From contig CAVVFF010000007.1 in the NCBI GenBank assembly GCA_963747415.1, positions 582,207 to 646,206 on the forward strand: a stretch of 64,000 nucleotides of DNA, given 5' to 3'. A program made the position numbers and the translations under genes. A model generated the notes under the pieces. That model was not told where the DNA came from, searched no databases, and worked only from the letters and a program-made list of their open reading frames with translations. This stretch comes from Lewinellaceae bacterium (GTDB taxonomy: Bacteria; Bacteroidota; Bacteroidia; Chitinophagales; Saprospiraceae). Shown piece by piece: positions 28,848 to 37,766 of the stretch. Within the stretch, counting starts at the first letter, position 1; the number at the start of each line of letters is the position of its first letter.

Positions 28848-29645
28848 ATGTACGCATCGAACCTCTTCCAAGATAAGGTTGCCCTGGTCACCGGCGGGCG
28901 ATCGGGCATTGGCTACGGAATAGCGGAAGCTTTGCTGAAACTGGGTGCGAAGGTGGCCATCTGCTCGCGCAAGGAAGAGCCGTTGGCGGAAGCTGCCGGA
29001 CAACTCGGCGCACTGGGCAGTTGCCTCTACCAGGTGTGTGATATTCGCGACGGGGCGCAGGTAGAAAAACTCGCCGAACGGATCAAGGCCGAATACGGGC
29101 AATTGGACCTGCTGGTCAATAACGCCGGCGGTCAGTTCCCCAGTCTCGCCCGCTACATCAACGACAAGGGTTGGAACGCCGTGATCAACACCAACCTGAA
29201 CGGGACCTTTTACGTAAGCCGGATCATGGCGGAACACTTTTTTATTCCCCAGTCGTCCGGCAACATCGTCAATATCATCGTCAATATGGCGCGCGGTTTC
29301 CCGGGTATGGCGCACACCGGTGCCGCCCGGGCCGGGGTGGAAAACCTGACGAAAAGCCTGGCGCAGGAATGGGCCATTTACAACGTGCGGGTTAATTCCG
29401 TCGCGCCGGGAACGATCATCAGTTCCGGACTGGACACCTACGCCGAGCCCATAAAGGCGCTGCTCGACGAGATGAAGGAAGACAACCTGATGGGGCGCCA
29501 CGGTACGGTAGAAGAAGTAGCTAATGCGGTACTTTTCCTGGCCAGCCCGCTTTCCAGTTACACCAGCGGTACGACACTGTACGTCGACGGTATGGACCAC
29601 TTACATTCCGACCGGATGCGGCTCGTCAAAGGCGTGCGCTCATGA
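28848..29645 (+). CDS. SDR resembling peroxisomal trans-2-enoyl-CoA/2,4-dienoyl-CoA reductase
   Basis: TGGRSGIG, VNNAGGQF, GFPGMAHTGAARAGV (no YxxxK). Confidence 0.8.
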   Translation: MYASNLFQDKVALVTGGRSGIGYGIAEALLKLGAKVAICSRKEEPLAEAAGQLGALGSCLYQVCDIRDGAQVEKLAERIKAEYGQLDLLVNNAGGQFPSLARYINDKGWNAVINTNLNGTFYVSRIMAEHFFIPQSSGNIVNIIVNMARGFPGMAHTGAARAGVENLTKSLAQEWAIYNVRVNSVAPGTIISSGLDTYAEPIKALLDEMKEDNLMGRHGTVEEVANAVLFLASPLSSYTSGTTLYVDGMDHLHSDRMRLVKGVRS

Positions 29646-30382
29646 AGTACGTCGTAACCGACCACGTCGCCCGTCTCACCTTCAACCGGCCGCAGCGGGC
29701 GAATGCCCTGGACCTGGCCGGCTGGTACGCACTGCGGGAAGCCTTTCAACGCGCCGACGATGAAGAAGACGTCCGGGTGGTGATCCTCGAGGGCGAGGGT
29801 AAGCACTTCTGCGCCGGGATCGATCTAAGCGTGCTGAAGGACATGCAGTCGCGCTTCCAGGGCAGTCGGGAAGACATGCACCATCAAGTTCGGGATTTCA
29901 TCTCCGATCTACAGGACTGCATCACCTCGATCGAGCAGTGCCGTAAACCCGTGATCGCCGCCATTCACGGTAGCTGCATTGGCGGCGGGGTAGACATTGC
30001 GGTGGCCTGCGATATGCGCTACTGTACAAAGGATACCAACTTCAGTGTCAAGGAGGTAGACCTGGGCATCGTAGCCGACCTCGGCACCCTCCAACGGCTG
30101 CCAAGGATCGTCTCCACCGGGATGGCCGCGGAACTGGCCTTTACCGCCCGAAACTTCAACGGCAAGGAAGCCTATCGTATCGGATTGGTGAACGATGCCC
30201 TTGGCAACACCGCTCAGCTACAGTACCGAACCGGACAGATAGCCGAAAGCATTGCGGCCAAGCCGCCGCGGGTGGTTGCCGGTATCAAGCGTACCTTATT
30301 GCACCAGCGGGAGCACGGCGTTGGGGAAGGCCTGGATTTTGTAGCCGATTTAAGTAGTCGGGTGATGCTCGGGCTGGATTAG
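29642..30382 (+). CDS. Crotonase family enzyme, Delta3,5-Delta2,4-dienoyl-CoA isomerase (ECH1)-like
   Basis: FCAGIDL, CIGGGVDIAVACDMRYC, KEVDLGIVADLGTLQRLP. Confidence 0.82.
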   Translation: MKYVVTDHVARLTFNRPQRANALDLAGWYALREAFQRADDEEDVRVVILEGEGKHFCAGIDLSVLKDMQSRFQGSREDMHHQVRDFISDLQDCITSIEQCRKPVIAAIHGSCIGGGVDIAVACDMRYCTKDTNFSVKEVDLGIVADLGTLQRLPRIVSTGMAAELAFTARNFNGKEAYRIGLVNDALGNTAQLQYRTGQIAESIAAKPPRVVAGIKRTLLHQREHGVGEGLDFVADLSSRVMLGLD

Positions 30383-30544
30383 CCGGCTATTGCCGGGTAG
30401 GACAATGTTTTGGCTGCGGCGTCTGGTGATTGAGCCGTTCGCTGGCTATGACTTTCGCTGGCTAAGACGTCGGGAGACCGCGCAAATACTGCCTGGAGAG
30501 ACCCTGATGACAGGCCGGCGAATCGAAGCAGGGCTTTGGAAACC

Positions 30545-30629
30545 AACATTTCCACTTTAATCCCGCCTAATTTCCCACAATAATTTAAATAATGTTGTTG
30601 AAAACTTGCGGGAGTGTTTGAAAATGTTT
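30545..30629. promoter_or_regulatory. AT-rich nested imperfect palindrome, probable operator region
   Basis: AACATTTTCCA/TTGAAAATGTT, CCCGC/GCGGG and a central TTTAAA are all centred at about 30587-30588, just upstream of the repressor gene. Confidence 0.5.
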
Positions 30630-30661
30630 TAATTTGTCCTTAAATAAACTGATACTGAAAT

Positions 30662-31393
30662 ATGATTACCGAAGACCGCCGCGAGTTGAACGACCGGTTC
30701 AGGGAAGTTTTCCAGATTCTGGAGGACCGCGGTGAGATCATCAAGAACGACCGGAATGGTCGTGGGCTTGGTGATTTCGCTAAGCGCATCCTGAACAATC
30801 GTTCTTACGGACACATTATCCGGGCTTACCTTAATGCCGAAGACAAGCGCTGCATCAACTACGAACAGGCGCGTCGGGTGTGCACCGAATACGGCGTCAA
30901 TACCGATTACCTGCTGGAGGGTACCGGCACCCCGTTCGGCATGGACCTACCCAAGGTCAGCGACGTCGACGGTGGTGAAACCAAACAGAACATTCTCTAC
31001 ACCTCGGTCGAGGCTTTTGCCGGTGCCAGCGTGGATGGAGATAGCTTCCTCCGCGAAGAGGCGTCCTTCTTTTCGCTCCCCGATCTTTTTGGTGACGGCT
31101 ACGTTGCCTTCCCGATCAATGGTAACTCCATGGAGCCGGTGATCAACGATGGGGACATCGTCATCTGCCGGCAGATCGCCGGAGTGCACGAGATCAAGGA
31201 AAATAAGATCTACGCCGTCCGTTCGAAAGGGAGCCTGTGGGTCAAGTACGTACAGCCTATCAAGGACAATAAGGGCCGTATCCATTCCCTCAAGCTCATC
31301 AGCGCCAATTACCTGGAACACGACCCCTGGACCGAGGACGTGGATAAGAATACCCGACTATACGAAGTGCAGAAGCGCATCAGCGATCTGTAG
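30662..31393 (+). CDS. LexA/CI-like repressor: HTH plus S24 peptidase
   Basis: YGVNTDYLLEG (Cro/CI HTH end), EAFAG cleavage site, NGNSMEP (Ser), LWVKYV (Lys). Confidence 0.88.
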   Translation: MITEDRRELNDRFREVFQILEDRGEIIKNDRNGRGLGDFAKRILNNRSYGHIIRAYLNAEDKRCINYEQARRVCTEYGVNTDYLLEGTGTPFGMDLPKVSDVDGGETKQNILYTSVEAFAGASVDGDSFLREEASFFSLPDLFGDGYVAFPINGNSMEPVINDGDIVICRQIAGVHEIKENKIYAVRSKGSLWVKYVQPIKDNKGRIHSLKLISANYLEHDPWTEDVDKNTRLYEVQKRISDL

Positions 31394-31416
31394 CAAATAT
31401 TGGTAAATCACGCTTG

Positions 31417-31457
31417 AGCGGTGGTCCGGCCATACGGCGCCGGGCCACCGCTTTGTT
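31417..31457. terminator. Intrinsic terminator between convergent genes
   Basis: AGCGGTGGTCCGGC..GCCGGGCCACCGCT stem then TTGTT. Confidence 0.7.
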
Positions 31458-31555
31458 ATGGCGACGAGCTATCCTGCTGTTTTTTGTTTGCGTACCGGTC
31501 CGGCAACTTTGCCGGGCCGGTATCTACGTTGCGGCAGGCTGCTTTATGGCATCCG

Positions 31556-33949
31556 CTATTTCGCCTGGTCGACGACCGTAAGCGTGGTGCTCCGTAAATC
31601 CTCCTGCCGGCTGCTGTTGCCCACCATGATCTTAAAGGTTCCGGGTTCGACTACGTACTCCATCTCACCGTTCAGGTAGTTGAGCTGGTCGTAGCCCAAC
31701 TCGAAGGTGACCGAGGTGGTTTGTCCCGGATCGAGGGTTACCTTTTCAAAGCCGCGCAATTCCTTGATGGGGCGGGTAACCGTGCTGTATTCGTCGCGGA
31801 TATAAAGCTGTATTACTTCCTTGCCGCTTACTTCGCCGGTGTTGGTGACATCGACCGTCACGGTGGTATTTCCGTTGGTCATAATTCTTTCGTGGGCCAG
31901 TCGCGGCGCACTGATGGTAAAGGTGGTGTAACTGAGTCCGTACCCGAACGGAAAGCGTGCGCTGACGTCGTCCATCAGGTAACCCCGGCGCGCCGTGGGC
32001 TTATAATTATAGTAAGCCGGAATATGGCCCACCGACCGCGGAATGCTGATGGGTAACTTACCGCTGGGCGCTACCGCACCGGAGAGTACATCGGCCACGC
32101 TGTGACCGGTTTCTTGTCCGAGGTAGAAACACTGGAATACGGCGTCGGCTTTTTCCACGAGGTTATTGATGTTCAGTGGCCTGCCGCCGAAGACCAGTCC
32201 GATCATCGGAATATCCAATTCCGCGAGGGCATCGATCAACTCGTTCTGGGTACCCATCATTTCCAGCGAGGGTCGGTCGCCCATGTGGCTTTCCGCCCAG
32301 GCCTCCCGGCTGGTCAACTCATTACCCCCGACCGCTAGAACGATCACATCCGCCGCGGCGAGGTCTTTTACGGCCTTTTTGATGCGCTTGCGGTCGTCCT
32401 CCTCCTTCACCGGCATCACCGGATCCTTGTACCAGCTTCCGGATTCGGTCACGCGACTACCTTCGGAGTAGATCACCGCCCCATTGGTACTTTCGGCGTA
32501 GGATTCCAAACCCGCCCGTACGGTAACGAAGTGAGCGGGATGGTCACTGTAGCCACCCAGAAGGATACGATCCGCGTTGGGGCCTACTACCCCGATCGTA
32601 AGGCCGGGGGCCAGCGGCAAGACGCCGTCGTTCTTCAGTAAGATCATGCTTTCCGTACCGGCCCGGCGCACCAGTGCATCATCCGCTGAGGTATTGGATA
32701 GCACCTTTTCCGGATCGGTATAGGGATCCTCAAAGAGGCCACGGTCAAATTTTTGTTTCAGGATTCGTCCTACGGCCCGATCGAGGATCGCCTCTTCGAG
32801 TTCGCCGGAGTTTACGGCCTCTACGAGAAAGGGGTAGGCTTCCCGGTCGGGGAGTTCGATATCGATGCCGCTACTGATCGCCCGGATGGCAGCCTGTTTT
32901 AAATTTTGGGCAACGGCATGCCGCTCGTGCAACTCCCGAACGGCAAAATAGTCCGATACGACCGCTCCCTCGTAGCCCCACTCCCCGCGCAGCAGGTCAT
33001 TGAGCATCCAGCTGTTGGCATGGCTCGGAATGCCGTTGACCTCGTTGTAGCTGGCCATAATGTTGCGCACGTTACCGTTGTTGACGATGTAGCGAAAAGG
33101 GTAGAGAAACACTTCCCGCAGCGTCCGTTCGCTGATGTGTGCCGGACCGATATTCGTACCGCCCTCGGGTTCTCCGTGGCCGGCCATGTGCTTCAGCGTC
33201 GCGAATACTTCCCCTTCGTCCCACTGATCGTTGTCGCCCTGGAAGCCGAGGACGGCCTGTAAGCCGATCTCCCCGGCCAGATAGGGATCTTCTCCGAGTG
33301 TTTCCTCCACTCGCCCCCATCGTGGATCGCGGGCTACATCCACCACCGGCGTAAGCACCACGTGAGCCCCCCGGCTGGCGGCCTGTCGCGCGGCGATCTC
33401 GTAGAGGCTGCGCGTCAGTTTACGATTGAAGGTGGCGGCCACCGAGATTGGCTGCCCCCAGCTGGTAGCATCCCTCGCGGCCAGACCGTGTAGGCTCTCC
33501 TCATGCATCAGCGCCGGGATACCCAAACGCGTCTTTTCGACCAGCCACTTTTGAATGGCATTTACGTAGGCGACTTCCTCGGCGCCGGTACGCCCCGGCT
33601 CACCGCTGGCACCCAATTCGCTTGGGCGGGTGACGTGACCGATACCGTGGGGGATGACTTGCTCCGCCTTGGAAGGGTCGAAATCGAAGTTTGCCGTCTC
33701 CATTTTGTGCTTGTCAGCCCAGATGGACGTCACCTGCGCTACTTTTTCCTCGGTGGTCATCCGACCGACGAGGTCGGCTATCCGGTCGCCAACGGGTTGA
33801 CTGGGGTCTTTATAGATTGCCAGTTCGGTGTTGGACCGGGGCGTATTTTCGACCGCACTCGTGGGGGCGGAGGACGGCGTTTCCGGATCGCCTTCACAGC
33901 TCATCAGTTGCACAACCAAGAGGATAAGAACGAAACGGTAGATGGGCAT
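31556..33949 (-). CDS. GH3 beta-glucosidase/xylosidase (BglX-like) lipoprotein
   Basis: Lipobox LMSC; HEESLHG, RDPRWGRVEETLGEDP, LKHMAGHG, VVSDY nucleophile, FPFGYGLSYT, Fn3-like tail. Confidence 0.93.
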   Translation of the reverse strand: MPIYRFVLILLVVQLMSCEGDPETPSSAPTSAVENTPRSNTELAIYKDPSQPVGDRIADLVGRMTTEEKVAQVTSIWADKHKMETANFDFDPSKAEQVIPHGIGHVTRPSELGASGEPGRTGAEEVAYVNAIQKWLVEKTRLGIPALMHEESLHGLAARDATSWGQPISVAATFNRKLTRSLYEIAARQAASRGAHVVLTPVVDVARDPRWGRVEETLGEDPYLAGEIGLQAVLGFQGDNDQWDEGEVFATLKHMAGHGEPEGGTNIGPAHISERTLREVFLYPFRYIVNNGNVRNIMASYNEVNGIPSHANSWMLNDLLRGEWGYEGAVVSDYFAVRELHERHAVAQNLKQAAIRAISSGIDIELPDREAYPFLVEAVNSGELEEAILDRAVGRILKQKFDRGLFEDPYTDPEKVLSNTSADDALVRRAGTESMILLKNDGVLPLAPGLTIGVVGPNADRILLGGYSDHPAHFVTVRAGLESYAESTNGAVIYSEGSRVTESGSWYKDPVMPVKEEDDRKRIKKAVKDLAAADVIVLAVGGNELTSREAWAESHMGDRPSLEMMGTQNELIDALAELDIPMIGLVFGGRPLNINNLVEKADAVFQCFYLGQETGHSVADVLSGAVAPSGKLPISIPRSVGHIPAYYNYKPTARRGYLMDDVSARFPFGYGLSYTTFTISAPRLAHERIMTNGNTTVTVDVTNTGEVSGKEVIQLYIRDEYSTVTRPIKELRGFEKVTLDPGQTTSVTFELGYDQLNYLNGEMEYVVEPGTFKIMVGNSSRQEDLRSTTLTVVDQAK

Positions 33950-34011
33950 GCGGTGGAATTAGTGTAGTAGGTTAAAATAAGGAAAATACCGCCGGGGCCG
34001 CTAAGCTCGCA

Positions 34012-34503
34012 CTATTTCAATCCATCCAACAGCTGAAATAAGTCCCCATTGTCGATCAGCGCGCCTTCTTCCATGCGCAGGAAGATATCCTGATCCCGGC
34101 CGATCGGCAGATAGGCACGCTCGGCATGGTACAATTTGGGTCGAGCCCCGTCATCCCTTAATCGGGCAAAGATTTCTTCGGGAGCGATCTCGGTATCGGT
34201 GAGGTCAACGGTGGTTTCCCCGCTGATGAGAATGCCGCGCATTTCGATCTTTTCGGGCCCCGTTCGGTAGGTCCGCAGATCGTTGGGTTTGCGTTGGATG
34301 AGGTACTCGACCCGCTCGATCACGCCAGAGAAGACGATTTGGCTGAATTGCAGGATAAGGGCATCCGCCCGCCGCGGGTCCTCCGCTTTGATTCGTACCC
34401 AATTTGGAGCGTCGATGCCGTTTACGCTCAGGAATTTGATAAACTGGGGTTTCACCTCCTCGAGTTCGTCCCGGCGGAGGCGTCGAAATTTGGTTTCCTT
34501 CAT
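34012..34503 (-). CDS. Conserved Bacteroidota protein (DUF6495-like)
   Basis: KFRRLRRDELEEVKPQFIKFLSVNGI..FSQIVF. Confidence 0.7.
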   Translation of the reverse strand: MKETKFRRLRRDELEEVKPQFIKFLSVNGIDAPNWVRIKAEDPRRADALILQFSQIVFSGVIERVEYLIQRKPNDLRTYRTGPEKIEMRGILISGETTVDLTDTEIAPEEIFARLRDDGARPKLYHAERAYLPIGRDQDIFLRMEEGALIDNGDLFQLLDGLK

Positions 34504-34581
34504 AGGCATGGACAAACAAATGCCGGGAGGCGTAGTTTTGCGGATAATGGCCTAATAAGCGCAGCTAACTATTCTACTTCC

Positions 34582-35439
34582 ATGTTTGAAATCCCCGACT
34601 TTGGCAACGGTGCCGTTTGGCTCTCGCTCCTCACCCTTACTTTCCTGGAGATCGTACTCGGTATCGACAACATCATCTTCATTTCGATCGCCAGTGGCAA
34701 GCTCAAATCCGACGCCGATCGTAAGAAGGCGACCAATATCGGTCTTATCCTGGCCATGGTTTTGCGTATCGCCCTGCTCTTTGGTGTTTCCTGGCTGGTA
34801 AGCCTTAACGAGCCGTGGTTCGAATTCGACTGGGGATGGGCCACCGGAGGGTTCAGCGGTCAGAGTCTTATCCTCATCGCCGGGGGCATCTTTCTCCTCT
34901 ATAAGTCGACCTCCGAGATCCATCATAAACTGGAGGGTGATGAGCACGTTGAGGGCGACCCCGGCACTCCGAAGACGGGCGCCAGTCTGCGATCGGTCAT
35001 CATACAAATCACCATCATCAACATCGTTTTCAGTTTCGACTCTATCCTCACGGCCGTAGGAATGACTAATGGACTGGTCGGCGCGCTGATCGTCATGATT
35101 ATCGCCGTAGTGATCTCGGTGCTTATCATGATGCTTTTCGCCGTACCGGTGGGCAACTTCGTCAACCGAAACCCAACGATCCAGATGCTGGGACTGGCCT
35201 TTCTAATTTTGATCGGCTTTATGCTGATCGTTGAGGGCGCACACCTTGGCGAGCTGGTGGTCTTCGATAATCACATCGGCACGGTACCCAAGGGCTATCT
35301 CTACTTTGCCATTGCCTTCTCGCTGCTGGTGGAATTCCTTAATATGCGCATTCGTCCGAAGTCCGCGGATAAGAAGGTCAAACTCAATACCTACGCTCAG
35401 GAGGCAGCGGATAGTGCGGAATACGTCCGGATGAAGTGA
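34582..35439 (+). CDS. TerC family membrane protein
   Basis: LEIVLGIDNIIFISI, FSFDSILTAVG, LAFLILIG, KGYLYFAIAFS. Confidence 0.93.
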   Translation: MFEIPDFGNGAVWLSLLTLTFLEIVLGIDNIIFISIASGKLKSDADRKKATNIGLILAMVLRIALLFGVSWLVSLNEPWFEFDWGWATGGFSGQSLILIAGGIFLLYKSTSEIHHKLEGDEHVEGDPGTPKTGASLRSVIIQITIINIVFSFDSILTAVGMTNGLVGALIVMIIAVVISVLIMMLFAVPVGNFVNRNPTIQMLGLAFLILIGFMLIVEGAHLGELVVFDNHIGTVPKGYLYFAIAFSLLVEFLNMRIRPKSADKKVKLNTYAQEAADSAEYVRMK

Positions 35440-36717
35440 TCACTCTGGTAACGGGAGGAATTCCGATTCCAGATAAAAGAGGTTGGAAGGCGTACCCTCG
35501 CCCTCGTCGCGGCAGAAATAAAAGTACTTTCCGTCGGGAGAGAAGGTGGCGCATCCTTCGTTGCCCTGACCGTTGATCAGCGGCCCCAGGTTAACGGGGT
35601 CGGAGTAGCCATCACCACTACGTACGGCGAAGTACAGGTCTTCCAAACCATAGCCTCCGGCGCGATCGTAGGAGGAAAAAACCAGGTAGTTGCCATCCGG
35701 AGATATGGCCGGCGCGCTTTCCGCGGCCGGTGTATTTAAGGTAGTGAGCGGACTTGCTTTTCCAAAAGCTCCGTTGTCATCTGGTTGACTACGCAGTAGA
35801 TCGGCACTTCCACCACGGTCCAGCGTGCTCCAATAGTACAGTCGGCCATCCCGATCCAGAAACGGACCGGCCTCATAGGCATAGGGCCAGCGGTCCTTTT
35901 GCTCCCGAATGCGATTGATCGTCGGCCCGAGGGCGCTTGGGCTTCCATAACCCCCATTCCTCCTTCGCACCCGCCATAAATTCATATCGTTGTCGGCTAG
36001 CGGCGGTTTGCCTGGAATGGGACGAAAAGAGGCGAAGTAAAGCCAGCGTCCGTCGCGGCTGACGAAGGGGCTTTCATCCGTGGCCGTAGAAAAAGCAGCG
36101 CGTATCGGTGCGGTCCAACCCGTGTCAGCCAGTGTGCTACGGTAAATCCGTTGTTGGCTTTGCCCGACGGGGCGGCGAGTAAAATATACCGTATCGGCCG
36201 CCGGGGTGAAACTGAGTCCCCACTCATTGGCACCGGTCGAGATTATCCCGGGTGCGAAGCTTTCCGGCCTATCGATCACCCGCTGTCCTTGGCGGTACCG
36301 CGCTAAGGCTAAGGGTTGTCCGGTGGGGGAGTACGTTCGTTTTAGTCCGTGGAGTAGGCCCCCGATGTACACGCTCTCCTCTGCCAGTTGCCCATTCGGG
36401 TGATAGGTTGTAGCTATGCCGATTGGCAGGTCGTTTTCGTAGACCTCCCGCGAGCGAAGTTGGCCGCTTGGATAGAAGTACTCCCATAAGCCGTATCCCT
36501 TACCCGCCTTCCATTCCGCCCGATACCGCAGCGTGCCGTCCGGGTACCATTCCATCCACTCCCCATCCGGCAGGCTATCCAGCGTTTGATAATATTTGCT
36601 GGGACGACCGTCGGGGTAGCTTTCGCTCACCGATCCCCTCTGGCCGGAAAGGGTAGTCAGGGGCAGTAACAACAGTATTAGGAGGGTCGGCGGAGCGCAG
36701 GAACAGGGCATATGCAT
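35440..36717 (-). CDS. Secreted protein with MORN-variant repeats and a PD40/TolB-like beta-propeller
   Basis: Signal peptide; repeats EWYPDGTLR, YFYPSGQLR, TYHPNGQLA; ESPFVSRDGRWLYF, APAISPDGNYLVF, TFSPDGKYFYF. Confidence 0.8.
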   Translation of the reverse strand: MHMPCSCAPPTLLILLLLPLTTLSGQRGSVSESYPDGRPSKYYQTLDSLPDGEWMEWYPDGTLRYRAEWKAGKGYGLWEYFYPSGQLRSREVYENDLPIGIATTYHPNGQLAEESVYIGGLLHGLKRTYSPTGQPLALARYRQGQRVIDRPESFAPGIISTGANEWGLSFTPAADTVYFTRRPVGQSQQRIYRSTLADTGWTAPIRAAFSTATDESPFVSRDGRWLYFASFRPIPGKPPLADNDMNLWRVRRRNGGYGSPSALGPTINRIREQKDRWPYAYEAGPFLDRDGRLYYWSTLDRGGSADLLRSQPDDNGAFGKASPLTTLNTPAAESAPAISPDGNYLVFSSYDRAGGYGLEDLYFAVRSGDGYSDPVNLGPLINGQGNEGCATFSPDGKYFYFCRDEGEGTPSNLFYLESEFLPLPE

Positions 36718-36792
36718 AACCGCAAAGGTGCCGGGCGATGATTCCCTATCCAAGGCAATAATGACCAACGGTGCTATAAGCTGATGAACTTG

Positions 36793-37590
36793 TCATAATC
36801 GCCACGCCCGGAGTGTAGCCAGGTAGGTGGCTCCGATAGGCAGCCGTGTCCCATCGGCCATTACGGCCTGGTACCTGCGCCCGTCGCGAACGATCTTTTC
36901 CAATTGCTTCAGGTTGATGAGATAAGACCGGTGGATGCGCAGGAATTCTTCCGCGGGCACCTTGTCTCCGGCGCTTCCAATACCAAAGGAGAGGAGGTAA
37001 GCTTCTCCGGCTACCCATGCCTTGGTATAATTGCCGAAACCGCTGAGGTAGTCCACCCGGTACCACTCGATCGGCACCTCATGTGTACCCTTCCTGGCCA
37101 GGATGGAGGCGGTGTGCAAAGCGGGACGAGGGCTGGTCTGTTCCGGATGGTCACCCGGCCGAAATTTTCGCAGCGTAAGGAGGAAAGCAATCTGTAAAAA
37201 ATAGAACGCTGCAGCCACCAGGTGATTGAAGATGGCCAGGCGACCGCCGAAGAAGTGGACCCAACCGAAGGCGTTCAACACCAGGCTTTGGAGCTGGTGA
37301 GCGCTTAATACAAAAAGGAACAACATTCCTGCCTGCCGCCACAGAAACTGAGTGGCCGTTCGGGCGGATGTAAAACGGTCCATCAACCGGAAAAGACAGC
37401 AGGACATCAAAAAGTAAACGGAGAATTTTACTCCCGCCGAGGCGACAAATTCTTCAACGTTGAGCAGTGGTGGATGCCCCGCCCCGAGCCCGCCGTAAGC
37501 GTACCAGGTGGCCAGGTAATAGGTAAAACAGCTCAGGGCATAAAGTAACAGGAGCGGTCTGAAATCCTGACGGCTGGGGCTCAAAACCAT
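36793..37590 (-). CDS. Membrane-anchored LytTR DNA-binding regulator
   Basis: About four N-terminal TM helices; C-term FLRIHRSYLINL LytTR motif; no receiver domain. Confidence 0.8.
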   Translation of the reverse strand: MVLSPSRQDFRPLLLLYALSCFTYYLATWYAYGGLGAGHPPLLNVEEFVASAGVKFSVYFLMSCCLFRLMDRFTSARTATQFLWRQAGMLFLFVLSAHQLQSLVLNAFGWVHFFGGRLAIFNHLVAAAFYFLQIAFLLTLRKFRPGDHPEQTSPRPALHTASILARKGTHEVPIEWYRVDYLSGFGNYTKAWVAGEAYLLSFGIGSAGDKVPAEEFLRIHRSYLINLKQLEKIVRDGRRYQAVMADGTRLPIGATYLATLRAWRL

Positions 37591-37685
37591 TTGGCATGGG
37601 GGATTGGTCTGACAATTTAAGCCCTAAACAAGAATAGTCAAATTGCTTGTTTTGCATTCCTGCCTTCCAAAAGGAGCGCTAGTCT

Positions 37686-37740
37686 AACAAAAATGCCCCG
37701 ATTCGCGCGCTCACTGGGAGCTTACGCGAACCGGGGCATT
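37686..37740 (-). terminator. Intrinsic terminator after the DEAD-box helicase
   Basis: AATGCCCCG..CGGGGCATT stem with a T run on the minus strand. Confidence 0.65.
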
Positions 37741-37766
37741 GGTAATCCGGTGGGAAGGGATTATTA

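Noticed and set aside
30437-30468. Two-copy TTCGCTGGCTA tandem in the intergenic region
   Set aside because: Only two copies, and no clear relation to the GTAG arrays
30383-31393. Prophage remnant around the CI-like repressor
   Set aside because: No integrase, cro, att-like repeats or phage genes; the only divergent ORF (56 aa) has no HTH features
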